From: Eledone cirrhosa
Lineage: Eukaryota
Length of the DNA stretch: 64,000 nt
Assembly: GCA_964016885.1 (NCBI GenBank)
Contig: OZ024741.1
Span: 202,864,001 to 202,928,000, forward strand
Direction: 5' to 3'
The notes under the pieces are model-generated. The model was not told where the DNA came from and made no database searches. It saw only the letters and a program-made list of their open reading frames with translations. The position numbers and the translations under genes are program-made. Below are positions 40,549 through 54,405 of this stretch, in pieces (within the stretch, counting starts at the first letter, position 1; each line of letters opens with the position of its first letter).

Positions 40549-41619
40549 TACGTGCAACAGATAGATATAAATATTTGCTGGCGGTCCCTTAACTCTTGAT
40601 GGAGTCATAGGGTCGTCTTGAACACTTGTACCTGGCCTAAACCATCTCTTTCTAGGTCTGAACATATTAAATTTCTTCTTCTTCGAGCGAGAGAGAGAGA
40701 GAGAGAGAGGCTGGATAGATATCGACTCCAGTACAGAACTATTATCATCCTCAAAAGATGAAAGACATTGGCAATGGTGAAATTTGAGCTCAGAGTTGGG
40801 ATAAATACTACAAAGTAATTTATCTGATGTTCTAATGACTCTGCAATTCGTTGATAAAAAACTTACATTAGAACTCAGAGCAAAGGCGCGTGACTTAATG
40901 GCTAGAGTGTACGGTTCTCGATCGTAAATACATTAGTTCAATTTCCGGCGCCGCATTCTGCCAGTTTGGAGAAAAGTGAGTTATATTGGTAATTCAATGG
41001 GAAAATCTTGTTACACCGAATCTCCCCGAAAATTACGTTAAGGGTACACGTGCCTCTAGAATGTTTGCCCGTTAATTTCACGAACAGACTGTTCCGATTA
41101 TCAAATAACTGGAACACTTGTCGTCTAAAGCCTAACAGTAAATTTACAAAAATGCAGGATATCTTAATTCTGCGAAGCAGCAGAGTCGTTAGAAAATCGG
41201 ATGGAATGCCTTCTGATAATTGTTCTCACCATTCGCCCTTGCCTTTCACACTTTCTATGAAGTAACAGTTCAATACTCTCTATTTACCTAGAAAAAAAAC
41301 GGCTGTGTTCATACCTGGAGAGGGATGGTCTTTACTAGGTTTAAATAACCAAGACTATCACTAAGTACCCCTACGACGGAATTAAATGTCTTTGTATGAC
41401 ACGGATATTACCAATACTTATTTTAGCATCACCTATCAACGATATAACGACGTAAAAGATAAAATATAACAGACACGTAATTTAATAATTGTTTCTACGT
41501 TAGGCACAAGGCCAGCAATTACCCAGTGCATTACTGGTACTTTATTTTATCGACCCCGTAAGGATGAAAGGCAAAGTTAACCTCAATAATAAGAAACAAG
41601 TGCACACTACACGTGAATG

Positions 41620-42240
41620 GGGTTTCACTGAAGCAGGTGGAGAAGTTCAAGTATATTGGGGCCGTATTCACCAGTAATGGAAGACAATGGGCTGAATTAA
41701 GTGCAAGAATTGCCGGAGCCGGTGCAGTAATGCCCCAGATTCAGCATTCGGTAATCAGAATAAAGAGGTATGTGTAAACACCAAACTAACTATCTTCAAT
41801 TCGGTATTCGTGCCAACCCTTACCTATGGTCATGAATCTCGGGTAATGATCCATAGAATACGATAACGAATACAAGTGGCCGAAATAGAGTTTCTCCGAA
41901 AGGTCTTTGGAATAACGCTACTCGATAGAGTGCGTAGCTCGGAGATTAGAGAGTCACTCCAGGTAGAGACACTACTTCTCCGAATTGAGAGATCACAGCT
42001 TCAATACTATGGTCATGTGGTTAGAATGTCTCATGAAAGAATCGCTGGACAGATTTTACGAGCAAAACTAACCGGCAGTAGACCCAGGGTAGACCCTGAG
42101 TTAGTGGTTGGATAACATCCATGAGCTTGGTTGGTCACGCTTGGGGATCCAGCTGGATTAATTGGAAACGGTTGTTTCTGGCATGACACACTGAAGGCAT
42201 ACATCTGTCCCCACGGCCCTCTCGGGAAGAAGAAGAAGAA
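41620..42240 (+). mobile_element. RTE-clade (Rex3/Expander-like) LINE 3' fragment
   Basis: LKQVEKFKYIG, LTYGHES, AEIEFLRKV..LLDRVRSSEIRE..RIERSQL..GHVVRM; (GAA)n tail. Confidence 0.85.
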
Positions 42241-44344
42241 AAAGAAAAAGAAAAAAAAAAGAAAAAGAAAAAGAAGAACAACAACAACAACCCCAGTCTA
42301 GGTTTTCTAATGAGTCCTTCAGTATGTCAAATTGTATAAATAAAATACTAGTTTCCATCTATTCAATTTTCCCCGCAAAGTTTTGGTCAACTCGAAACTG
42401 TGGTTAAGAAACTTTCCTAAGATGCCAAGCAATGGGATCAAACTCGGGATCTTATGATTGCAAAGTGAATTTTAAAATCATCATCTGTACGAATTTTTTT
42501 GAATTATTTGTATATCTAAATGATTTATCAAGAAACATTGCATATCTACGGTAAGTTATAATTGTGACTCTTTTATAACCAAACCGCAATAGCAAATAAA
42601 AATATTTCATTTCTTTTTCCCGTCGTCTTGAGTAAAAATCGGAAAATCGGATGAAAGAAACGGTTTCTATCGTTCTTTCTATTGCTGATACTATCTGTCG
42701 GTGGCAGAAGGAGGAGTCATGAAATAATACATTTCGATCAAAGCACAGAAACACAGCGTACCCACTAGTCTAGGAATCGAATTAAGCCCAGCACCCTAAT
42801 CCCTAGGCCATATGCCTAACACATGTCTGTTGGTTTAACTCCTCTTGAATATACATATATGTTTAAAGGAAAGGAACTGGACAAAACAATGTTTCCCTAG
42901 ATATTTCCATTGCTTATACTATCTGTTGGCCTAACATACCTTGAAAATATACATCTTTAAAGGAAATGATACTTTCATTAGATTGAACCAAGGAAACATG
43001 GTTTCCTTTGGTTTTTCCATTGTTGATACTATCTGCCGGTCGCAATTCATCGCAGAAGGTGGAATTTGAACCAGGTCAGATACCAGTAAACATCTTATCC
43101 AACTCATTACCAAATCTACCAATGCCTCCTCCACCCCGCACACATATTTACTATATAGCAACAATAAAATGTTAAATCTGAAACAATACATCATCTCAGA
43201 CACCTACTTAACCAACTAGATAAACAGTGGAATTTTAGCTAGCGTTAGTCTCCATAAATAGTTGTTGTTGGACCTTCATCCGACGATGAATGTTCCAGTT
43301 GTCTGATAAGCGGAGAAGTCTGCTCCGTTAAATTCATATGGAGGGGGAAGAATATTTCACAGACTTGTGTACCCTTAACATAATTTTCTTAGAGATTCAA
43401 CATGACACACTATATGACAAGAATGGTTATTTGAAGTACGAATACAATACCTTAAACTTACTTCCCAGGGAAATTCAACGTTATACGCTCTGTAAAATCC
43501 TGGCCCTTTGAACTAGATACAACTAATTTTATTTTCGGCTGAGTGGACTGGGCCGACGTGAAATAAACTGCCTTTTTCAAAGGCACAATGAGATAACGGA
43601 ATCGAACTTACAACCTCACAATCGTAAGCTGAGTACCCTAACCATAAATAGTAAGAATTGAATGTGTGTTGTTAATTATAATTTAGAACAAACATCTGGT
43701 TCGCGATCAAGTGCTATCATTTGGCACCAATCTCAAGTGAGATTAAAGGTGTGAATAATTTATTGAATCCGTTTTATTACATCTAAGAAATGGTTATTTA
43801 TTGCATATGCTTGTAAATTAACTTATTGTTTAATATTACAGATATCTTCCTTTAAGATTTTGTTAGTTGTTATCCCAGAACGGAACGGGAAATTGTGTAT
43901 CATCGGTAAATTAGTTAAAAGTCAATGTTCAATGAGACCACACTTACTTCTTATGAAACCTATATACACAATATGCAAAAGTTACTCACTATGTCAGACC
44001 TGTCACCTCTCCCCGTCCGACAGGGAGATCTCCTACTCCTTTTGGGGTGGGTGAGAGATCTCTTCTCTTTCGAAAATGGGTATAGATTTCATTATGTAAA
44101 ATCTCCTAATTTTGCCTCATTTCTCTCCGTTTTGGAGCACTTGTTTTTCTTGTACACCCCGTTTGAGTTTTTAGAAGTTGCCAGGTCTGCTGTGTACAGT
44201 TAGCGTCACTCCAGGTTACAGTGTTAAAGTACAGCTCGTATCACTACATGTTACATTGTAAAAGTAAAACTAGGAAAATACTTTTCGGTTTTCCATATTA
44301 TCCTCTATCTATATTTTGTTGCAATGATTACTTGGAGCTAGTAA

Positions 44345-45342
44345 AGGCACATGGCTCAATGGTTAAAGTGTTTGACTCACGATCATGAGTTCGATTCCCG
44401 GTAGCGTATTGCACCTTTGACCAAGACAATTATTTCACTTAGATTCAGTTCACGTAGTTGGGTAATATGAGTTGTATCTGTAATTCAAAGGGCCACTCTT
44501 GTCACACACTGTGTCAGTTTGAATCTCCCTAAGAACTACTTTAAGGGTACACTAGTCTGGGAAATGCTCTGTCACTTAAACAATAGTACAAGTTGGGTTG
44601 TACCTGTAATTCAAAAGGTCAATTTGTCATACAGTGACACGCTGAATCTCTCCGAGAATTAGTTAGGGTGCACGTGTCTGAGGAATTCTGTGCCACTTAC
44701 ACTTTAATTTCCAATAAATAACATATAACATAATCAAGAATTCGGAGGGATTTAATAGTACAACTAACGTTTTTATAAGGTGGTGGATTGGCAGTATCGG
44801 TAGGGAGTCGGAGACCATGCTTTGCAGCATAGAGTTACGGCCCCTTTACGGTCTGAGTTCAAATCCTGCCGAGGTTAACTTTGTCTTTCATCCTTACGGG
44901 ATCGATAAAATAAAGCACCAGTAACGTACTGGGGTCGATTTAATCGACTTTCCCCTCCCCCAAATTACTGGCCATGTGCCTATACTAGAAATCATTATTA
45001 AATTGATGCTTTGATAGGGTGGTGGATTGGCAGTATCGGTAGAGCGTTTGACAACATCCTTTACAGCATAGGGTTTCAAATCTTGCCGAGGTTAACTTTG
45101 CCTTTCATCCTTACGCGGTCGATAAAATAAAGTATATAAAGTACCAGTAATACACTGGGGTCGATTTAATCGAATTCCCCCCCCCCCGCCCCCAAATTGT
45201 TGGCCATATGATTAAATCAGAAACCATTATTAAATTGATGCCGAGGTTAACTTTGCCTTTCATCCTTATGGGGTCGATAAAATAAAGTACCAGTAATCTA
45301 CTGGGTATTTGCTGGCCTTGTGCCAAAAGTAGAAACAATTAT
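44345..45342 (+). mobile_element. SINE cluster (one CORE-like, three Nin-like copies or fragments)
   Basis: tRNA-like heads near 44345, 44778, 45016 and a fragment at 45240. Confidence 0.75.
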
Positions 45343-45547
45343 CAAATTGATGTTTGGAAATAACGTAAGAAACGTTCTTACATGTAATTATGATGGAAAG
45401 TTTATACATAAATATATACGCTTTAAAATATGCAGTTTTGTGTCATAGAAACAGCGATGGTTTCAGGCGGTTTGGTAATAAAAGGGGAGGATTAAATCAT
45501 TTTTATGATACTACTGGGTTGAACGTTATTTGATATTTCTTACGATA

Positions 45548-45775
45548 TCACTATACGGTCATATAAAAAGATCAACTCGTGGTGTTTTAAGTTATGCCTG
45601 GAAGGAATTGGCTGGTAAGAGAAGCAGAGGCCGGCAGCCAAAACGATGGCTTGATAATGTCAACCCATGGACTGAACTTGATCTTTTCTCTTTAAACTCT
45701 GCTGTTGGTGATCGAACTTTGTGGAGAAAAATATCTCATGTTAATACGCAGTCTGCAATTGGCGGAGTTTAGCGT
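45548..45775 (+). mobile_element. RTE-like LINE 3' fragment
   Basis: YGHIKRS..GKRSRGRQPKRWLDNV; homolog of about 50280-50510. Confidence 0.75.
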
Positions 45776-45844
45776 AAAGAAGAAAAAAGAAAAACGAGAT
45801 CACTTCGTATAATTTGCCTCATCGATTAATTGCCTTTATTTGTG

Positions 45845-46130
45845 AATATTGTTAGTCTGGTTCCACTAGTCTGGAAACACTACATTGTATTGTTACTAGC
45901 CTTGTCCCCATGGACACACTCTACACTGTATCGTTACTAGCCTGGTTCCCACAGAAACATTCTACATTGTATTGTTGTTAGTCTGGCTTCCATGGAAACA
46001 TAACATTGTATTGTAGCTAGCTTTGTTCCCATAGAAATATTCTACATTTTATTGTTACGAGCCTGGTTCTCATAGAAATACTACATGGTACTGTTAATTG
46101 TCGGGTTCCCGTGGAAGCACTTTACACCTG
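45845..46130. repeat. About 41-bp minisatellite, about 7 diverged units
   Basis: TACATTGTATTGTTACTAGCCT.GTTCCCAT.GAAACA-like units. Confidence 0.85.
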
Positions 46131-47454
46131 CTTCCATAATTCACATATTTGAATATTTTGTACAACACTGATTTCAGTTCAAATGTAATGCATGCTTTTC
46201 ATTGTCTTTGGATTGGACTATTAATTGAAGCCGCACATAACGTTTGGGAATATATAACGGACCTTCTTAAAATTTCTTCTAGGAAAGACATGTGTTAATT
46301 TATCTGTAAGCCACTGATGCCATAAAACAGCGGTGATAATGAGCTCTTCGTAATGGGCGGTTTGACTATTCCTTAAGTGTGATAGTTGTTGCTTGAGAGA
46401 AATATGAGGAAAGCGACACGCGAGACTATTTGCTTCATCTATTCAATTAACGAGAGAAGCATTATGGTGAATGCGATAAAAGAAGCCCGGTATTTCACAT
46501 CCACTGATATTTAAGAAATTTATATATATTTATTTTCTGCTGTGATCCATCTGGCTATGGAAGTAAGGATTGAAAGACGTAAATTTTGAACGAGACACGA
46601 AAGGAGGATAAAGATGACTTTTTGTTATACGACTTGTCGAGGAAGTTCAAAAGAAAGCAGTAGGAAAGGTTGAGAAGTTAACATCGTAGAAATCCAATAT
46701 CTTCTCATTTTATTTTTCTTTTTTCTTTACATCTCCCGAAGACATGTTTTCGGGGCTCTAATAATTGTAGGGAAATCGGGCAGTCTTATTTCCAAGCAGA
46801 TTTTCCTCCCCCACTTAATTACTACAGTTAAATTTTTATCAGTAAATTATTCTCTAAAGCGTTCTCATAGATCATTATAAGACTAAAAAAAAGAAAGTAA
46901 CAGACGTTCGCGATATAAATTTAGCTAAAGAAGAATCACGGCAAGCCAAAGTTAGGTAATTAATACAGAGAAGGATACACATCCAATAAGAGATACGTGT
47001 CTATAACGAAGGAGGGGGAGATAGTTAAACTCTCCATAAAAGGTATTTAACTAACGAGCATTCTTTTGTTTGTTAGGCACACGTGCATGTTGAATTTGCA
47101 TCGGTTCTGACGAAAATTGCTCCATTTGTTCGAACAGCCTAAATTTGAAATTAACGCGTTAAATATTTCATACATAATGTCTTCTTAACGTAGCTCTCAG
47201 GGAGATTCAGCGTGACAGTGTGTGTGACAATGTTTCCTTTTTACTTACGGGTTCAACTCCTTTTTTACCAGTTGAGTAGACTGGAGCAACGGGAGTGAAA
47301 TAAAGCGACTTGCTCAAGGGCCACCACTGGTTAGGGTGTTCAGTCCAGAACTTAACACCCTAACCAGTAAGGTACACACCTTCACTTGAATTACATATCT
47401 TTTTACGGGATCTTCTTTTTAGTCTCCATTACCGATCGGAGACGTATTTTTCAC

Positions 47455-47830
47455 TTAACCCTTTTGATATCAACCTAGCGAAAACCAGTTCTGGTTCTAT
47501 GAAGTGAAACCACCTATTTTAAACTCTTCCTATTTAAATTTAAATCTTCCAACATAATTTTATATAATAAACTTTTGTTACAAATAATATTTTAATAATG
47601 AAATCCTTTATAATTTTAGTAAATACCTCCAAAGTCTTCAATAACCTTTTTAATATCAGCCCGACCGGCCCTGGTTTTATGAAACAAAACCACCCATTTT
47701 AAAGAGTCCCTATTAAAATTAATATCTTCCAGAATAATTTCATATAAAATGTTTTTGTTACAAATACCATCTTAATAATGAAATAATGAATAATTTTAAT
47801 AAATCCCTTCCAACTCTCCACTAATCTACT
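47455..47830. repeat. Two diverged tandem copies of a unit of about 186 bp starting TTAACCCT (piggyBac-like end)
   Basis: 47455 and 47641 share TGATATCA..CTGGTT.TATGAA..AAACCACC.ATTTTAAA..TTTTGTTACAAATA. Confidence 0.6.
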
Positions 47831-48980
47831 GAAATAGAGTGCATGTCATTAGAAATGTGATAATTAATGTTGTTGTGAAAACCATATATGTCATATAATC
47901 TCATTCCTTCCCCTTCTTACAATAAATCAAACCCCAAATGGCTCTAGAAGCAATAAACTTAGTTGGCCGCCATCTTTTATCGGGAAATGTGGCGAATAAT
48001 CCATCAGAAACGTGTTGATAGTTATTGTTATAAAGAATAAACATCATTATGTAAGAATGATACAGTTAATAGTCTCCCTTGTCGGGAGACTGTCGCCATA
48101 ATGTTCAAGGCAAATGGAAATGCCATATGCTACACTCAATGAATTGTTTGTATGACTTCATTTCAAACACCCACTCTTTCTGACTCAGTGTTCTAATTTC
48201 ACTCTTAACTATTTACTCGGCTATTTTCGGGATAATGTAATTGTTGATATAAAGTAACTATTTTCGTCCATCACCACCTTCCTGTGTCACAATAAAACAT
48301 ATATTTTCGACCAAGCTACAACAAAGTAAATATTCTTTTCCATTTCCTTTCATCTTAGCCGACGTGTTTGTGCTTTTTCAATATGGCTTCCAAATAGATT
48401 TAATTTCTTTTGTTTCCAGTATGTAATTCTATGTTTCTAACTTATTTAATACATCAAACAACTAACTTTATCCACTTATTCATTTCCTGATTGATATTCA
48501 TCTTTATTTGATAAAATAAAATGTAGTGAAGGTGCCTAGCCTAGAGAATAGGGTATTGGGCTCTCTGGTTCAATTCCTAGACCAGGCGGCGTTGGGTTTT
48601 TGAGCAAAATACTTTATTTCATGTTGCTCCTTCTGCCAGATGTGACTGACAGAGAGTATCAGCAATGGAAAGATGGTTGGCTAATTTCATTTCCTTTTTT
48701 ATGTAATACATTTTTATAAAAAATCATACATTTTTAATATGGCATAATTTTATAGAGAAACTATAATTATTGCTGTTCTGTTTTTTTCTTTCTTTACTTA
48801 TTTCGTCTGTAAAACAATGTGTTATGTATTACTAATATTAATAAATTACTAAAAACAATAAATTAGATAAATGTCAGGTAGATATCTCTGGTTGCTGAAC
48901 GTTAATATTAGTCCATGTACAAAAAAAAAAACAAAAAAAAACAAAAACAAAATGAAACAACTATTTGACACTGAATGAAA

Positions 48981-49339
48981 TACAAGGTGTTTATAAAGTC
49001 TGTGCATCTTCAAACGTTAATAACATAGGAAATCTACATGATAGAAATACACAGTAAACTGCATATGAAAACATTATACAAATTTTGTGCAATGCAGTTC
49101 ATTTTTCTAACACTCACAAGTACCGTATTTCATGATACATCGTGTTAACTGGGTCTCTAACGCTTTGAAAAAATCCTGCAGTTGCTAATTAGGTATATAA
49201 ATTTTTAATTAATTAGAAAAATTAATCAGTATCATCATGTCCTCAAAACTATATAAATATATCGTTTGTGTGCAGTTTACTGTGTATTTTAAAAGTTATT
49301 AACATTTACATGAATACACAACGTTATAAACAAGCTGTA
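48981..49339. mobile_element. Tc1/mariner-like MITE remnant
   Basis: Imperfect TIRs TACAAGGTGTTTATAAAGT / ACGTTATAAACAAGCTGTA with TA ends. Confidence 0.55.
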
Positions 49340-50109
49340 TTGCGTTCACATCTGGGACGGTACTGCTACGACATATATAGACAACTTACACCACGGCCAC
49401 CTAAAAATGGTCACCCCAACAGATCACTATGAAGTGGTTCTCTAACCTCTGCACACTGTATCATCACTCTGTCGTTCATACCGCTACTTCAGTGTTGACT
49501 CATCAAGTCCCACCTCTACTCAGACCTGTCTGACTCACACATGCTGTTTTCCAATATCCAGTTGATACCACTTTAACAAAAGGTAAATAATATCAACCTA
49601 GTATGACCATAGAGTTGACTATCGACTTATTTCACATTGTTCTGATCTACACAACAGGAAAAGAAAATGTGTTGCGACGACACTGGTGCGAAGCATTTGG
49701 ATAATATCATATATACTATACATAAAAATGCTGCCAAGCTGCATTGACCTTTATCAACATCATTATAGTATATATAGTGTTAATATAGAAATGACACTGA
49801 TGTAAAGCTGTGTCAGCCTTTGGACAATGTCATATAGTGTATATATAGTGTCGAGATACTGTAGCGTAAATATGAGTTACAACACTTGTTCTAAGTTGTA
49901 TCACCCTTTGCCATTGCTTTCAACAACACCGAAGACGTAAAGAGGAGATACTGACATACATGACCAACTGTTGATCTTCCACAAAAAAACACCTTAAAAA
50001 TCATCAATTTGTTATAGTTTCTTGTCGATATACTGCAGTATATAATTCTACAGTTTGTTAAACATTTTAAAATTTGTATTCTTCTCAATAGTTTTTGTGA
50101 TTAGTAAAA

Positions 50110-50510
50110 TAGGTCAGTGAAGTGTTAATTGGACGACAAGGTCACTTCAGAAGCTTTCTACATTCTAGAACTACATCATGAGACTTATGACTGGCAAGCG
50201 GCTCAGCGATCGTATCTGTATCAGTGAGCTGCTCAACATTACCAAACTTAGACCAATTACATCAATTGTCAAGTCAAGAGTATTCAAACTATACGACTAT
50301 ATAAAAAGATCAACTCGTGGTATGAGTAGGTTATGCCTGGAAGGAAGGTTGGCTGGTGAGAGAAGCAGAGGCCGGCAGCCAAAACGATGGCTTGATAATG
50401 TCAATTCATGGACTGGACTTGATCTTTGCTCTTTGAACTTTGCTGCTGGTGATCGAACTTTGTTGAGAGAGATATCACATGTTAATGCACAGTCTGCAAA
50501 TGGCGTCACA
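50110..50510 (+). mobile_element. RTE-like LINE 3' fragment
   Basis: ORF 50178..50549: RLMTGKRLSDRI..LEGRLAGERSRGRQPKRWLDNV. Confidence 0.8.
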
Positions 50511-51578
50511 AGAGAAAATAGGTGCATTCATTTACATGAGTCAATGTGAAAAGATGAAATAATATTAGTTTCAAATCTCTAACTGTTTTTTAAATGGTTA
50601 TGGTTATTTTAAGAAATACCGTAGAATGCAAATTGGAAATAAGAAAGTGAAACTAGAGTAAAGTAAAGAAAACAAAATAATTTAAACTTGTATCTTATAT
50701 TTCATGATATTTCGAAGTTAGGATCTATTTGTTTTCACAGGAAAAGAATCGGAGTTTTGTGTTGACGGTGTTATACTGTGTAGAATCTGCTAGCAGATTC
50801 TGAAAATATTAAAAGAGTGTGGATTTGTATTTATGAAGCCATTTAAGTGCATGTGTTAAGTATTTTATTGAGAGAACAATTCGTTTCGTTTTTGTATTTC
50901 TTTTGCAGAATTCTTGGTTTGAAACAAATGAAAGTAACTAGACTCGGGGAAAAAAGTCAAAACAAGGAGGAGACAGTGAAAGTAAAAAGTCATTGATAAG
51001 GTTACAGAATGTATAACGAAAAACGTTTGACAGGTGAATAGCAGTTTGATTGTTTAACCAACTTATAAACAGATTAGTTACTTGATTAATAATAATTATA
51101 TTAAAAAACTGAAGTGAAACTTAACTGGTACGTGCTCCTATTGGCAGCATGAGCCCCCACCCTCCAAAAGATATAACAATTTATTTTCTATTAAAAACCA
51201 TCAAGACACGACTTATGATATCACGGAACTGTTGGTGACTTTTAATGTCTTTCTGTATGTTACAGATATAAAAATACTCCACTGGAGCCAGGAATATAAA
51301 ATATAAATCTGATATCAATACAAACTCACTTGAGATTAGAATTTATTTATAAATAAACTAAAACAAAACTATGTCTTTACTGAAATATATTAGAACAATG
51401 ATATCTGTGAAAAAAGATTTTCTGGTTGTTTATTCGCCCACCAAGACGATAGTGGAGCACGACATAGCACTGCAGCTGAAATAAAACAGGTTGTTGGTAG
51501 TAATACCCCGCCGAAAAGGCGTAGGCGAGATATCCTTAGAGGGGATCATGGTTTCATAGGTTTTAGTGTCTGCTTTTG

Positions 51579-51631
<53 letters not shown>

Positions 51632-51987
51632 CTTAGAACATCTCAAAGCAATATATCAGACACCTAACAAATGCCATAAACGGCCGTGCACTCTATTAGG
51701 GTAAACAGAGAAACATCAATAAAATCTCTGTGTCAACTAACTTCCATGTTATGCAAATATGAATTAATGGAAATGCAGACACACAATTCTAATGTTTTTT
51801 TAATAATTAAAATAAACAAAATAACCAGTCAGCAGAGCTTCAAATTGCTGTTTTCCTTTCCTATTCGGCTCCAATTACAAATTTGCTAAACATACACAAA
51901 CGCACAGACACATTCGCTCGCATACATACATACACACACATACACACATGAATACTGATATACATACAGACACACACACACACGTAC

Positions 51988-52046
<59 letters not shown>

Positions 52047-52393
52047 TACACATACACAGAAAATCAAACATGTACACGAATGTGCTTACGTGTTTCTATC
52101 TGTTTAATCTATCTCCATGTGCATCTAATATAAATGTGTAAATACCGGAATATAAATAGATAGATACATAGAAACTCATATAGATGGATAGATAACTGGA
52201 TAGCTTTCTATCTATTTATCTATCCAAGCACCTATTTATGTATGTATTTATGTACCACTCGCTTTGTAAAAAAAAAATATATATATATATATAGTAATAA
52301 TAATAAATTTGAAGACTAAAATCCAAAGAGGGCTCGATAAGGATAAATATATATCAAATATATAAGAACCGTAGAGCAAATATTTATTTCACC

Positions 52394-52440
52394 CTGTCCT
52401 ACGCCATCTTGTTTTTGAAAAACAAGATGGCGTAGGACAG
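52394..52440. repeat. Perfect 23-bp-arm hairpin; right arm continues as a fragment of the Penelope 3' region at 3680-3745
   Basis: CTGTCCTACGCCATCTTGTTTTT-g-AAAAACAAGATGGCGTAGGACAG. Confidence 0.85.
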
Positions 52441-52849
52441 AACAAAGGAGAGGCACAAAACAAAGAAAAGAATCCCCAGTCTCTGAAAACTCATTTTCAA
52501 ATATATATATATATATATATATATATGAAGGCAAAGTAAAGGAAACAATCGTTTCTGTATATGAATGCCCAAATGTCCACTGTTCCTTTGTATGTTTTAT
52601 ATATTTCAAACGATGTCGATTGTACACACATTGTATATTTTCACATAAAAATAAATGCCTGACGAAATATATTAAAGCAGTCATTTTTATTCTCATATAA
52701 TAATAGTCAAACCATATCTGACCAAGGCTGCGTTAGAACGTGGGATAGAATGCTTTAGAGTATGTATTCTTTCTGGCTTTGTGCATCTCGTATTTAAATC
52801 CTGCCGAGTTGAACTTTGCATTTTATCGTTTCGTAGTTGAGCATTCGAC

Positions 52850-53730
52850 AGACACTGGTAACTTAATAATTCGCCGTGAGATTCAGTGTGACACAGTGTG
52901 TGATATGGCTGGCCCTTTCGATTACATGTACAAGTAATGCAATCTAAAAAAAAGGGGGTTTTACTTAAGGTAACAATATAGCCCTGGGAATCGAACACAC
53001 TACTTTACAATCGTTGAGCTGAACACGCTAACCCATAAGCTGTCTATCTTCACACAATTACATTGAAATATATTAAGTGGGTGAAGGCGCGTGACTGAGT
53101 GGTTCGAGAATTGGATTCGCAATCGTGAGGTTGTGAGTTCGATTCCTGGACCAGGTGATGTGTTGTGTCCTTGAGCAAGACACTTTATTTCACGTTGTTC
53201 CTTCTACCCGGAGTTACGACCGATAGATAGTATTAGCAATTGGAAAGATCAATGGAAACATTGTTTCCTTGGCCCGATTTGACGAAGGTTGATCGACTCT
53301 CGATAATCGATATTAAGTGGAGACACATAAGTGGCTCCCTTTTATAATCCGACGTGTTTTCGATTATTTTGAGTTATTAGCAACTGAAGGTTCGTGATGC
53401 GTGGCTTAGTGGATAATGTGTTCGGCTCACGATAGTAAGGTTGCAAGTATGATTTCTGGTAGCGCATTGTGTTTTGAGCAAGACACTTTTTCACGCTGCT
53501 CCAGTCTACTCAGCAGGCAAACATATGTTGTACATGTAGTATTGATTCACAATAACAACTACATTAAGGACACAGGTGTATGTAGAATAGTCAGCTCCTT
53601 ACACTATGATACAAGACGGATTTTATCTATAATTCAATGTGTCAGCCTTGTCACACACACAGTGTCATACTGAATCTTGTAGAGAACTGTGTTAAGGGTA
53701 CACGTGTTTGAGGAATTCTTGGAACGAACA
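52850..53730. mobile_element. Cluster of tRNA-derived CORE-like SINEs
   Basis: GAGTTCGATTCCTGG..GTGTCCTTGAGCAAGACACTTT near 53085(+); further copies near 53395(+) and 52850-53050(-). Confidence 0.7.
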
Positions 53731-53731
53731 C

Positions 53732-54230
53732 ATTCATATCCTGTTGAAATGATGGTTTGAATCACGTGTGGAGACCAATTTTTCACAACCAATCGAGTGC
53801 CGTTGCATAGCCTTGGTGGATCTAAATTCCTCAATAACATGATGGGTGCTCGTTCTTTAAGGTAAAGGACATGTGGAGGCATTCCTGGTGGCTCTAAATA
53901 GTTGACAGCTTCCGACTGTGTCGACAGATCGATAGAGCTTCGAAAACTTTGGAATTCTTTTTAATAATTCTTGATTTACCAATTTCACAGTCAAATGTTT
54001 CGGGGCCAATATAGCCTTTCACTTAGTCACTTGTAACTTGCGAACTGATATTCAAGATTAGGGAACACTTTTTCTGAGATGGAATAATGATCCCACCATC
54101 GTGCCTATGGGACTTATATCAATAGCTTTCTTTCTATCTACAGAAAGTCTTCTGTCCTCAGCATTAATAAATTCTGGGCAAACTGCTTTGATTGTTCGTC
54201 TTTACCAAGTTATGCCCTCATTTTTGTAGC
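53732..54230 (-). mobile_element. Helitron RepHel (PIF1-like helicase) fragment
   Basis: [35 protein letters not shown] is the conserved PIF1/Helitron helicase segment. Confidence 0.85.
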
Positions 54231-54331
54231 GAGCATCAAAACTTTGATAGTGTCGATTTTTTCAAACAGGCTCGGATTTGATCAATCCTATTGACTTTTC
54301 GAATGACTGGGAACGTTTATCTAAAATCCCT

Positions 54332-54385
<54 letters not shown>

Positions 54386-54405
54386 AACCACCACCACTAC
54401 CACCA

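Noticed and set aside
45845-46130. Periodic repeats resembling a CRISPR array (also 34375-35930)
   Set aside because: Eukaryotic context, whole units are similar with no unique spacers, no cas genes; these are minisatellites
53634-53882. Host PIF1 helicase exon
   Set aside because: Truncated by a SINE, decayed flanks, no splice structure; fits a Helitron remnant
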